Assembly (NCBI GenBank): GCA_903928345.1
Contig: CAIYQO010000266.1
Coordinates: 2,029-66,028 of the forward strand
Direction of reading: 5' to 3'
Length of the DNA stretch: 64,000 nt
Source of the DNA: an uncultured bacterium
GTDB taxonomy: Bacteria > Armatimonadota > Hebobacteria > CAIYQO01
This document shows, one piece after another, positions 10,467-18,388 of the stretch; the first letter of the stretch is position 1, and each line of letters opens with the position of its first letter. Made by a program: the position numbers and the translations under genes. The notes under the pieces were generated by a model, which saw only the letters and a list, made by a program, of their open reading frames with translations, was not told where the DNA came from and ran no database searches.

Positions 10467-10549
10467 AATCGTAATCGTGCTCGTGCTCGTAATCGACCGT
10501 ACCCTCGGGCAAAAGCGTATCGATTACGATTACGAGCACGAGCACGATT
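10467..10549. repeat. long imperfect inverted repeat built from hexamer units (AATCGT)2(GCTCGT)2AATCGA / TCGATT(ACGATT)(ACGAGC)2ACGATT
   Basis: Arms at 10467-10496 and 10520-10549. Sits between convergent genes (HK and metalloprotease), consistent with a bidirectional terminator or REP-like element. Confidence 0.5.
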
Positions 10550-10558
10550 TTTGCGCCC

Positions 10559-11287
10559 TCACCGCATCCGCACCGTCACCAGCGGCCCGGTAGAAGGCGG
10601 CGGCGGGGCGAGGCGGGCTTTCGTGACGAAGAACTGCGGGTACAGCGACTCGATGGTGTTCAGGTCGTGGGCGCTGATCGTCACCACGCTGTTCAAGTCG
10701 AAGCTCGGGTACATGATGTCGGTCGGGTCGGGGCTGTGGCCGCTGATGCCCAATGCGTGGCCCATTTCGTGGGTGGCGGTGGCCAGGTCGTCGTCGAACT
10801 GCCGCGCCGACATGCCGTCCCACAGGTTGATGGTGATGTCGGCGCCCGCCAGCTCCAGCGTCGACTTGTAGTATTTATCGTTAGTCACCCCCAACTCGGC
10901 GCCGTTCGCCGGCGGGTCGACCTTGGCGAAGGTCACGGTGATGTCCGCCACGCTCGCATTGCTGATCCAATTGTAGGTAATCACGCCGTGCGTCGCCGAA
11001 ATCCAGGCGTCAAAACCGCTTTTGAAGTGTGCCTGCGCGCTGACGCCGTTGTAGGTCATGTCATTAGTGAAGGCGATGGTGCGCGGGAAGCTGCGCCACC
11101 AGAGCACGTGATCCAGCGACGCCACGTAGTTTGGCGTGTAGACGTTGAAGCCGTATTGCAGCGCCGGGTTGGCCGTGGTGCCGGCCGGACCGCCGGACGT
11201 GCCGCCCCTGGAACTCCCGCTGCCACACCCGGCCAGCGCCAGCAACACGCCCAGCCCCGCCACCCAGCCGATCCACCGCAATCGCAT
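10559..11287 (-). CDS. matrixin-like zinc metalloprotease, probable lipoprotein
   Basis: 242 aa. Signal peptide with ALAGC lipobox, and a HEMGHALGISGH zinc-binding motif (HExxHxxGxxH). Confidence 0.7.
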   Translation of the reverse strand: MRLRWIGWVAGLGVLLALAGCGSGSSRGGTSGGPAGTTANPALQYGFNVYTPNYVASLDHVLWWRSFPRTIAFTNDMTYNGVSAQAHFKSGFDAWISATHGVITYNWISNASVADITVTFAKVDPPANGAELGVTNDKYYKSTLELAGADITINLWDGMSARQFDDDLATATHEMGHALGISGHSPDPTDIMYPSFDLNSVVTISAHDLNTIESLYPQFFVTKARLAPPPPSTGPLVTVRMR

Positions 11288-11404
11288 CGCTTGCTCCCCT
11301 TACCCGTCGTTTATGGTATACTTCCAGCATAACATACCCATACTGTGGCGTCTCACACAGAGGTGTACAGCAAAGCAGGTAATTGCTTTGTCTGTAATAC
11401 TTTG

Positions 11405-11436
11405 TTGACGTTCTGTTGAGGTTTTCGTGTTACAAT
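11405..11436 (+). promoter_or_regulatory. candidate promoter with extended -10 (TGtTACAAT) and TTGACG -35-like
   Basis: TTGACG at 11405-11410, TG at 11428-29, TACAAT at 11431-11436. AGGAGG RBS at 11464-69 before ATG 11478. Confidence 0.35.
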
Positions 11437-11477
11437 AATCCAAGAGGCAATTCGCCTATCCAGAGGAGGAGGTTTCC

Positions 11478-11903
11478 ATGAAGAAAGTACTCGTTAGTCT
11501 CGTTTGCGTGGCCGTCCTGGCCAGTGCACTTGCCGCGTTCGCGCAGGCGCCGGCCAAGACTGCCCCGAAGGCTAAGGCTACGACAACGGCGAAGGCGCCC
11601 GTCAAGACCACCGCCAAGACCGCCGCCAAAACCACAGCCACGAAACCGGCGACCACGAAAAAGGTTGCGGCTCCGAAGAAGGCTGCCCCCGTTGCCAAGT
11701 CCGCTCCCGTGAAGAAGACCGCCAGCAAAAAGATGGTCAATAAGCACAAAAAGCACGGCAAAAAAGGCAAAAAGGGCGCCAAAAAGATGATGAAGCCCGC
11801 GACGAAGACCACCAAGCCGGCCGTGAAGACCGCTCCGAAGGCTGCCAAGCCGGCCCCGAAGGCCGCCCCGAAGGCCGTCAAGCCGGTCGCGAAGAAGAAA
11901 TAA
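11478..11903 (+). CDS. secreted lysine/alanine-rich low-complexity protein (histone H1-like composition)
   Basis: 141 aa. Signal peptide, then AKAP/KTTAK/PKKAA repeats. Strong RBS. Confidence 0.65.
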   Translation: MKKVLVSLVCVAVLASALAAFAQAPAKTAPKAKATTTAKAPVKTTAKTAAKTTATKPATTKKVAAPKKAAPVAKSAPVKKTASKKMVNKHKKHGKKGKKGAKKMMKPATKTTKPAVKTAPKAAKPAPKAAPKAVKPVAKKK

Positions 11904-11926
11904 GACCTGTACACACGTACACCCAC

Positions 11927-11966
11927 GGCCCCCGGCAAATCGCCGGGGGCCGTGTTGTTTGTATTT
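11927..11966 (+). terminator. intrinsic terminator
   Basis: Stem GGCCCCCGGC / GCCGGGGGCC with an AAATC loop, followed by GTGTTGTTTGTATTT. Confidence 0.6.
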
Positions 11967-12150
11967 GGGATTGGGGCGGGAGGGGGAGAGCGAGTCGCCT
12001 GCCTGGTGTTTGTCTGAACCTTGATTTGTCGGATTACTGGATGCCCTTGATTACATTGAGAGGAAAGCGGAAATCAGGGTAATCCGTTCATTCCATCAAT
12101 CAGGGTTCAGACAAGAACCGACCGTTCTTCCCCCCGCCCCAATCCAAAAT
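11961..12150. repeat. composite nested MITE-like element. Outer IR is GGGATTGGGGCGGGAGGGGGA / TCCCCCCGCCCCAATCC. Inner element at 12010-12114 has TTGTCTGAACC...GGTTCAGACAA termini.
   Basis: Inverted termini read directly from the sequence. The inner termini match the TIR family seen at 58088 and 59263. Confidence 0.5.
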
Positions 12151-12159
12151 CCAAGTGAC

Positions 12160-13167
12160 TCAGACCGGCGGCAGCGGGGTGAGCAGGGTGCCGTAGGGTG
12201 CTTCCGCCGTCTCGCGCGTCTGCCGGCGACCGGCGCAGAGGAAGTACAGCGTCAGCAGCACGGCCTCGCAGACGGCGACGGCGAACTTGATCCGCTCGTC
12301 GATATTCAGCGGCGAGAAGAGGCCCTCGATGAGGCCGGCGATCACCAGCATACTGGCCACGCCGATCATCAGCGGCAACGTCTCCTTGCCCGCCTCGCGC
12401 AGCGCCACCCGGCGCGGCAGCTCCCCCGGGTTCACGATGGCGTACGCCAGCAGCAACCCCGCCGCCCCCGCGATGAAGATCGCCGTCAGCTCGAACACCC
12501 CATGCGGTGCGATGAAGCCCCACAGGTTGATCGCCGTACGCGTACTGTAGCAGGACGCCGCCGTGGCGATGCCCAGCATCAACCCGTTGTAGATGAGCAT
12601 CAGCACCGTGACGATGCCCACGGTCATTCCCCCGGCGATCGTGACGATGGCGATGGTGATGTTGTGCGTGAGAATCGTCGTGGCCATCTGCGGGCGCTCG
12701 GTGGAGGTGGTCCAGTCCTTCGGGGCCTTGTGCCGGTCGATGAGGTAATCGATGGAGTTCATCAACTCCTTGGGCATCAACTGGTAGGCGATGGTGCGGT
12801 CGTGCATGGTGAGGCCGAAGCTGATGACCGCGGGCACCAGCGAAATGAGAATCGCCAGCACCACCCACAGCGCGTGGCGGCGGATGGCGCGTGGGAAGTC
12901 GCGCGTGTAGAAGGCCACCACGCTGGGCCAGGGACGGCGCGGCGCGGCGTAGACGTAGGGGTAGCAGCGCCCGAGCAGATCGTTGAGGTAGATCAAGCGG
13001 GCGGCGTCGGCTTCGTGGGTGCGAAAAAAGGCCAACTCGGCGGCCGCGCGCCGGTACAACTTGCCGAACTCGATGATCTCCTCGGCGTGCAGCGGGGCAA
13101 ATCCCTGCTCCTGCACCACGGCGAGCAGCTCCTCCATGCGCTTCCATTCCGGATAAGCGGTCGGCAT
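12160..13167 (-). CDS. SpoIIM/DUF95-family integral membrane protein
   Basis: Start chosen at MPTAYPEWK (ATG at 13167). Soluble N-domain followed by about 6 TM helices. Confidence 0.55.
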   Translation of the reverse strand: MPTAYPEWKRMEELLAVVQEQGFAPLHAEEIIEFGKLYRRAAAELAFFRTHEADAARLIYLNDLLGRCYPYVYAAPRRPWPSVVAFYTRDFPRAIRRHALWVVLAILISLVPAVISFGLTMHDRTIAYQLMPKELMNSIDYLIDRHKAPKDWTTSTERPQMATTILTHNITIAIVTIAGGMTVGIVTVLMLIYNGLMLGIATAASCYSTRTAINLWGFIAPHGVFELTAIFIAGAAGLLLAYAIVNPGELPRRVALREAGKETLPLMIGVASMLVIAGLIEGLFSPLNIDERIKFAVAVCEAVLLTLYFLCAGRRQTRETAEAPYGTLLTPLPPV

Positions 13168-13343
13168 GGACGCATTATACCATATTCGGCGCGGGGTGCG
13201 AGGGGGGACGGAATGACGGGGGGAACCGCGCGGCGCATGGTGTGGCGGCGGCACATCGGCGCGGAATGGTGTGTCCGCACCGCACACCGGGCAGGGCGGA
13301 CGCGGCACAATACGGGGCAATCGCTCTGCGTGAGGAGGCCACA

Positions 13344-13790
13344 ATGCAAGCCCGAGAAATCATGACGGCGAACCCGGTGTGCTGCACGACGTCGGATACG
13401 CTGCGCGCGGCCGCGCAACTGATGCGCGACAACGATTGCGGCTCGTTGCCGGTGGTGGATACGTTGGACGCCAAGCGCCTGGTCGGCGTGGTAACGGACC
13501 GCGACATGGTCTGCCGTGTGCTCGCCACGGAGCAGGATTGCAACACCGCCACCGTGGGCAGCGCCATGACGACCGGCCAGCTCTGGTCGGTGAATGCCGA
13601 AGCGTCCATCGACGACGTGATCGAACTGATGGAGGACGGCCAGGTGCGCCGCATCCCCGTCCTCGACGAGGACAAGCGCGTGATCGGCATCGTCTCCACC
13701 GCCGACCTCGCCCTCGAACTCGACGAGGTGGAGGACGTGGCGGAAGTCTTCGAAGAGATCTCCGAACCGACGCATCTGAACGGACGGTAA
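13344..13790 (+). CDS. CBS-domain pair protein
   Basis: MQAREIMTANPVCC... Two CBS motifs (GSLPVVD, RRIPVLDED). RBS GAGGAGG at 13333-39. Confidence 0.8.
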   Translation: MQAREIMTANPVCCTTSDTLRAAAQLMRDNDCGSLPVVDTLDAKRLVGVVTDRDMVCRVLATEQDCNTATVGSAMTTGQLWSVNAEASIDDVIELMEDGQVRRIPVLDEDKRVIGIVSTADLALELDEVEDVAEVFEEISEPTHLNGR

Positions 13791-13987
13791 CGGCGCCGGG
13801 TGCCCCCCCCGATTGCATCGGGGCAGGCTCCGGCTGATCGTCTCAAGCATGCTGATGCTCTTTGACAATTGTTTGCGGCTCGGGTAGCAGCTACGTGCGT
13901 TCGGCCTGTAGGGCATGGGCGCCGTCCCATGCCTGGTCGCCGCATTCCTATTCCGCTGGAGCAGCGAGCAATGGCCGACGCAAATTT

Positions 13988-14141
13988 TGGGAGGGCGAGC
14001 GTCCCCGCGAGCCGCGCGCGAGGCAGCCGTAGATGACAAAAAGACGGCCTGGACGTGAAACCCCTACACACATCCAGGCCGTCTTCTGTTAGCGATTCCC
14101 GGCTCAATTGCACGCGGCTCGCGGGGACGCTCGCCCTCCCA
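13988..14141. repeat. 154-bp element with a perfect 28-nt terminal inverted repeat and a nested inner hairpin
   Basis: GGGAGGGCGAGCGTCCCCGCGAGCCGCG at 13989-14016 is the exact reverse complement of 14113-14140. The inner hairpin has a 14-bp stem, GAAGACGGCCTGGA / TCCAGGCCGTCTTC (about 14040-14053 and 14072-14085). Confidence 0.55.
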
Positions 14142-14280
14142 AGGTTCTCACGGCGCTTCTCTGTTGGCTCCATCGGCATAGACCTGCGACGGGCAGACAG
14201 GGGCGGATGCGTACCCGTGAGGTAAATCAACGGACCGACTGGAAGTCGGTCCGTAAGTGATAAAACGACCGTATGGTGCC

Positions 14281-17200
14281 TTACTCGAAGAGGAACTCAC
14301 CCCAGTTGTTCGGCTCCATCTTCAGTTCATACACCTCGTCAGCGACGAGGCCGGTGGCCTGGTTGTTCCAGTAGGTGCGCAATACCGTGTCGGTGCCGGG
14401 GGCGTCGCCGTGGGTGGCCCCGATATCACCGGTGAGCTTCAGGCCGGAGCTGGGGGTCAGGCCGATGGCGCCGAGGGGCACGGCGGCTTCCACGGTGTAG
14501 CTCTTCCCGCGCGGATCGACCTTCACGCTGATCTTCGCGGCGTCGAGTACGATGACGCTCTGCATCTCATACCCGCCACGCACCACGCCCGAGTAGAACT
14601 TGCGCGGGTGCGCGTCCGCCGCCACGCGGCGATACACCACCGCGGTCGGTTTCCCCTGGAAGTTGCCGATGGACAGGCGCAGGTCGCCGAGGACCGCCTC
14701 GCCACGCTTGCGCGGCGCTTTCGGGTCGGTGCCGAGTTGGAAGTCCACCGTGTCGCCGGAGCAATACATCACCGCCGGTTCGGTCGCCCCGTTGACCCAC
14801 GGCGTATCGTCGTTGACCTTCCAGCCGAGGTAGAGGTTGGCGTCGTCGTAGGCGAGGGCGGCTTCGATGCGCGCGGCGGCGCTCTTCTCGAAGGCCAGCG
14901 GCTCCTTGGTGTTGAAGTCCTTGCGCATGTCGCCGGTGAAGGCCACGGTGGCCTTGCGCACGGTGGCGATGCGCGTGCCCACGCTCTGCTGCAACAGCTT
15001 CTCGCGGAAGCCGGCGGCGAGCTTCAGGTCGGTATCCTTCACGGTGAGCTTGCCGTTGCCGAGGCGTTGCACGGTCTCCAACCCGACGACCTTCATGTTG
15101 ATAAAGGCCGTTTTTCCCGCCTGCACGTAGAGCTGGCCGTCCTGCGTGACGCTGATGGAGCCGCCGAAGTCCTCCGCGCCCATGCCCGGGGGCACGCTGT
15201 CCATCACCGCGCCGGGCACGGCGGGGTTGGGCAAGTGGATCTTCATCGGGTCGCTCTCGAACAGCTTCGTCAGGTAGAACCCCTCGCCGGTGAGCAGGTG
15301 CCATTCGCCTTTGTCGGTGGGGATGGCAAAGATGTCGCCGATGGGGTCGGGCAGCTTGCCGGTGCCCACGATGTCATACGCGGCGCGGATCAGGCCGGCC
15401 GCCGGCGGGGGCGCCAGATGGCCGCCGTGCACGCCGACGTAGGTGTTCGGGTACGTCCATTTCAACTGCCCGGTGTTCACGTCGAAGCACTGGAAGTCGC
15501 TGTGGGCGGCGGCGTAGTGGCCGTTGTAGACCATCAGCGTGCCGTCTTCGTTGCCGCAACCGCGCTGGGCGCCCATGCCGCCGCGCGCCTGCACGTCGGC
15601 AGGGGCGGGCAGTTGTTTCTCCTGCGCCAGGTCGTACTCCGGCGCGCCGCAGGCCGTCCAGCCGGTGGGCGCGATGCGGTAGAAGCCGCCGTAGAAGGTG
15701 AGCGACTGCGTCATCGGCATGTACCAGCCGTTCACCCAGCCGCCCAGGTTCATCGGGAAGTCGTGCATTTCGTTCGGCTGGACCTGCTCGTCGCCGTTCT
15801 CGTCGGACCACACGCGGATGCCGGCGAGCTGGCCTTCACGTACCGACTCGCCCAGGTAGCTCTTCTCGTCCTTGCCGATGGCCAGCAGCTTGGTGCGCAG
15901 CTTCCACTGTCCGGCGGCGATGCGTTCATAAATCGACACGGGGTGCGAGCCGTGCCCGCCGTTGCCCACGGCGACGTAGAGCCGGTTGTCCTTCCCCAGG
16001 CCGAAGCGCGCGTTGCTCACGCCGCCGCGGTGGAAGACCGCCAGGCACGTCGCTTTGCCGGTGGTGGGATCCAGGTGCCACTCGCACCCCTGGCCGACCA
16101 TCGTCAGCGTGTCGAGGGGGTCGATGGCGCCACCGCCCGCGCCGTAATCGGTGGGGCCGAAGAATTCCTTCACGAAGGCGCCCGTTTTGGCGTCCCACAC
16201 GGAGATGCGCCGCGGCGTGTCGTCGTTTTCCGCCACCCAGAGCTTGCCCTGGACATCGACGCGCAGGCCGCTGATGAAGCGCATGCCGCCCTGTTCCCAC
16301 GGCCCGAGCAGCGCGCGCCCGCCGGTCTTACCGATGGTGCGCAGTGGCGTGCCGTCGGCGCCGAAGACCTTCACCTGGTTGTCGGGGTCGCCCACGCCGA
16401 CATAGAGCGCGCCGGCGGCGTCCACCGCCAGTGCGTTGGCGGCGGTGAGGCCGTCGACGACGGTGGCGGTTTTGTTATCGGCCAGATTTACGCGCAGCAC
16501 CTTGCCCCCCGCGGCGAGCACGTACAGCGCGCCGTCGGGGCCGATTTCCAGGTCGCCGGCGCCGTCCACAGGAATGGTGGTGAGCAGTTTGCCGGTGGCA
16601 ATATCGACCACGCCGACCACGTTGTCCCCCGCGCAACTGAGGAGCAGCTTGCCATTGACGGCGGTCATGCCGGTGAGCACCGGGGTGGCGCCGGCGGGGG
16701 TGACGTCCTTCAGCAGCGCGGTGATGTCCAGCGTGGCGCTCTCGGTGCCCGGCCAGGAGGAGTACGCGTCCTTCACGGCATCGAGCCGGTAGACGACGTT
16801 GTCGCCCTGCTGGCGGTCGTAGACGTAGAGGATGCCGCCGTCCACGGCGAGCAGCCGCGCGTTGCCGAAGCCGCCGCGCTTATGGCGCCACTTCACGTTG
16901 CCGTCCAGGTCGGTGCACACCACCGCCTGCCCGGCCTCCGCGCCGCTCCAACCCAGGAAGATCGACGTGCCGTCGCTGTCCACCGCCATCGGGTTGCCCT
17001 GGTCGCCGCCCCAGTTGCCGCCGGGGCTGTCGAAGGGCGCGCGGCCCCCGTTGTGCGCCCAGCCGACCAGCCGCAGGCCGATGTCGCCGTGGCGGATCGC
17101 TGACCAGGTATACGCGCCGGCGGGCACCACCTCGCCCGGCTGCATGTGGCTCATATTCGTCAGCCCGTCCCACGGCACGCTGTGCTTGCCCTTGGTGTAA

Positions 17201-18147
17201 AAGGCGGCGTTGAGCAGTTGTCGCACCACCTGGCCGTCGGCGTTCTTGATGTTCAGCGACACGTAGCCGTCTTCCGGCATGGTGAAGGGGATATCGGTGA
17301 AGCCGGCCATCTTCTTCTCTTCGAAGAGGCCGGTCCAATCGACCGCGGGGGTGCCTTTGTCCAGACGCACGGGGAACTCGCGGTTGTCGGCCAGGCGGAG
17401 CGGCTGCGGCTCGACGCCGTCTTTGGCGGCCAGGAAGCCGTAGCCCCAGCAGTTGACGGCGCGGAAGGTGAAGACGCGGTCGGGGGTGACGCCGGGGCGG
17501 AAGATGTCCTTCATGGTGATGCGGAAATGCGCGTCGGTGCAGAAGTTCGGCTCGGCGGAGATGACGATGCGCCCGCCCGTCTTCGGCGTAATGCCACCCT
17601 TGATGAGGGTCGTCCACGGCAGCGCGATCTCCTGCGTGTAGCCCTTGCCGTCGGCGTTCTTCAGGAAGGCCTGCTGGGCGCCCAACTTCTTCGCGTCGGG
17701 GGTGTTGATGCCGTCGCCTTTGTAGCATTGCAGCGCGACTACGTCCTTGGCATCGCGGTCACGCCAGGCGGTGAGCCAGCAGATGGATGGGTTGGCGTCG
17801 TCCGGGTTGACGATAAGGCGCAACTGCAGGCAGTCGCCGTTCCAGCCCATGTCGCCGGCGATGCTGCCGGGGTTGTTCATCGGCGTTTCGTCGACCCAGC
17901 GCGCCAGAATGTACAGGTTGTCCTTGTCATACTGGGCGTGCAGCCACACCGCCAGCTTGTCGCGCAAGTGCTCCACGTCGCTGCAGGTGAAGACCCCGCC
18001 GGAGAGATCCCAGTCGTCGGTCTTGCCGTCGATGACCATCTTCCCCGGCGTGGGGAGGACGCGGATGTTCAGGTTTTCCGTCTCCGTTGCCAGGACGGCG
18101 GTACCGAGCGCCAGCAACACGAGCGCAAGCAGGAAGAAGCGAGTCAT
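14281..18147 (-). CDS. giant secreted multidomain protein, type A (CBM9-like N-domain, FlgD-Ig-like, NHL/beta-propeller-like repeats, CBM9-like C-domain)
   Basis: 1288 aa. Signal peptide. IDGKTDDWDLSG motif (CBM9-like). WDGL..G..VP.GAYTW (FlgD-Ig-like). Repeated ALAVDAAGALYVG..DPDNQVKVF (NHL-like). Paralog of the ORFs at 28533 and 54257. Confidence 0.8.
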   Translation of the reverse strand: MTRFFLLALVLLALGTAVLATETENLNIRVLPTPGKMVIDGKTDDWDLSGGVFTCSDVEHLRDKLAVWLHAQYDKDNLYILARWVDETPMNNPGSIAGDMGWNGDCLQLRLIVNPDDANPSICWLTAWRDRDAKDVVALQCYKGDGINTPDAKKLGAQQAFLKNADGKGYTQEIALPWTTLIKGGITPKTGGRIVISAEPNFCTDAHFRITMKDIFRPGVTPDRVFTFRAVNCWGYGFLAAKDGVEPQPLRLADNREFPVRLDKGTPAVDWTGLFEEKKMAGFTDIPFTMPEDGYVSLNIKNADGQVVRQLLNAAFYTKGKHSVPWDGLTNMSHMQPGEVVPAGAYTWSAIRHGDIGLRLVGWAHNGGRAPFDSPGGNWGGDQGNPMAVDSDGTSIFLGWSGAEAGQAVVCTDLDGNVKWRHKRGGFGNARLLAVDGGILYVYDRQQGDNVVYRLDAVKDAYSSWPGTESATLDITALLKDVTPAGATPVLTGMTAVNGKLLLSCAGDNVVGVVDIATGKLLTTIPVDGAGDLEIGPDGALYVLAAGGKVLRVNLADNKTATVVDGLTAANALAVDAAGALYVGVGDPDNQVKVFGADGTPLRTIGKTGGRALLGPWEQGGMRFISGLRVDVQGKLWVAENDDTPRRISVWDAKTGAFVKEFFGPTDYGAGGGAIDPLDTLTMVGQGCEWHLDPTTGKATCLAVFHRGGVSNARFGLGKDNRLYVAVGNGGHGSHPVSIYERIAAGQWKLRTKLLAIGKDEKSYLGESVREGQLAGIRVWSDENGDEQVQPNEMHDFPMNLGGWVNGWYMPMTQSLTFYGGFYRIAPTGWTACGAPEYDLAQEKQLPAPADVQARGGMGAQRGCGNEDGTLMVYNGHYAAAHSDFQCFDVNTGQLKWTYPNTYVGVHGGHLAPPPAAGLIRAAYDIVGTGKLPDPIGDIFAIPTDKGEWHLLTGEGFYLTKLFESDPMKIHLPNPAVPGAVMDSVPPGMGAEDFGGSISVTQDGQLYVQAGKTAFINMKVVGLETVQRLGNGKLTVKDTDLKLAAGFREKLLQQSVGTRIATVRKATVAFTGDMRKDFNTKEPLAFEKSAAARIEAALAYDDANLYLGWKVNDDTPWVNGATEPAVMYCSGDTVDFQLGTDPKAPRKRGEAVLGDLRLSIGNFQGKPTAVVYRRVAADAHPRKFYSGVVRGGYEMQSVIVLDAAKISVKVDPRGKSYTVEAAVPLGAIGLTPSSGLKLTGDIGATHGDAPGTDTVLRTYWNNQATGLVADEVYELKMEPNNWGEFLFE

Positions 18148-18388
18148 ACAGGTCTCCTCGGGTGGATTCGTTGCGCGACACGTCCGGGGAAATACGGCGC
18201 AAGCCCTTGTTCCCGGCGTGGCGGGTGATATACATACCTTGCCCCATTATACCTGATAGATGACCGGTAATACCAGCCTCCTTTTAGGGGTTGCGGCAGG
18301 CAAATAATAGGCGACCTGACAGGACAATCCGTGCGGAACGCGAAAGTGCTGTATCTATAAGCAGAAACCGATCCGGAAAGGTGTCTCC

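Noticed and set aside
10467-10549. Possible CRISPR array from the tandem hexamer repeats here, at 59019-59051 and at 39082-39110.
   Set aside because: Units are 6-7 nt with no spacers, far from CRISPR geometry (repeats of about 28-37 nt, unique spacers). No cas genes in the window.
11456-11938. 160-aa ORF antisense to the lysine-rich gene.
   Set aside because: It mirrors the low-complexity repeats. The sense gene has a promoter, RBS, signal peptide and terminator.
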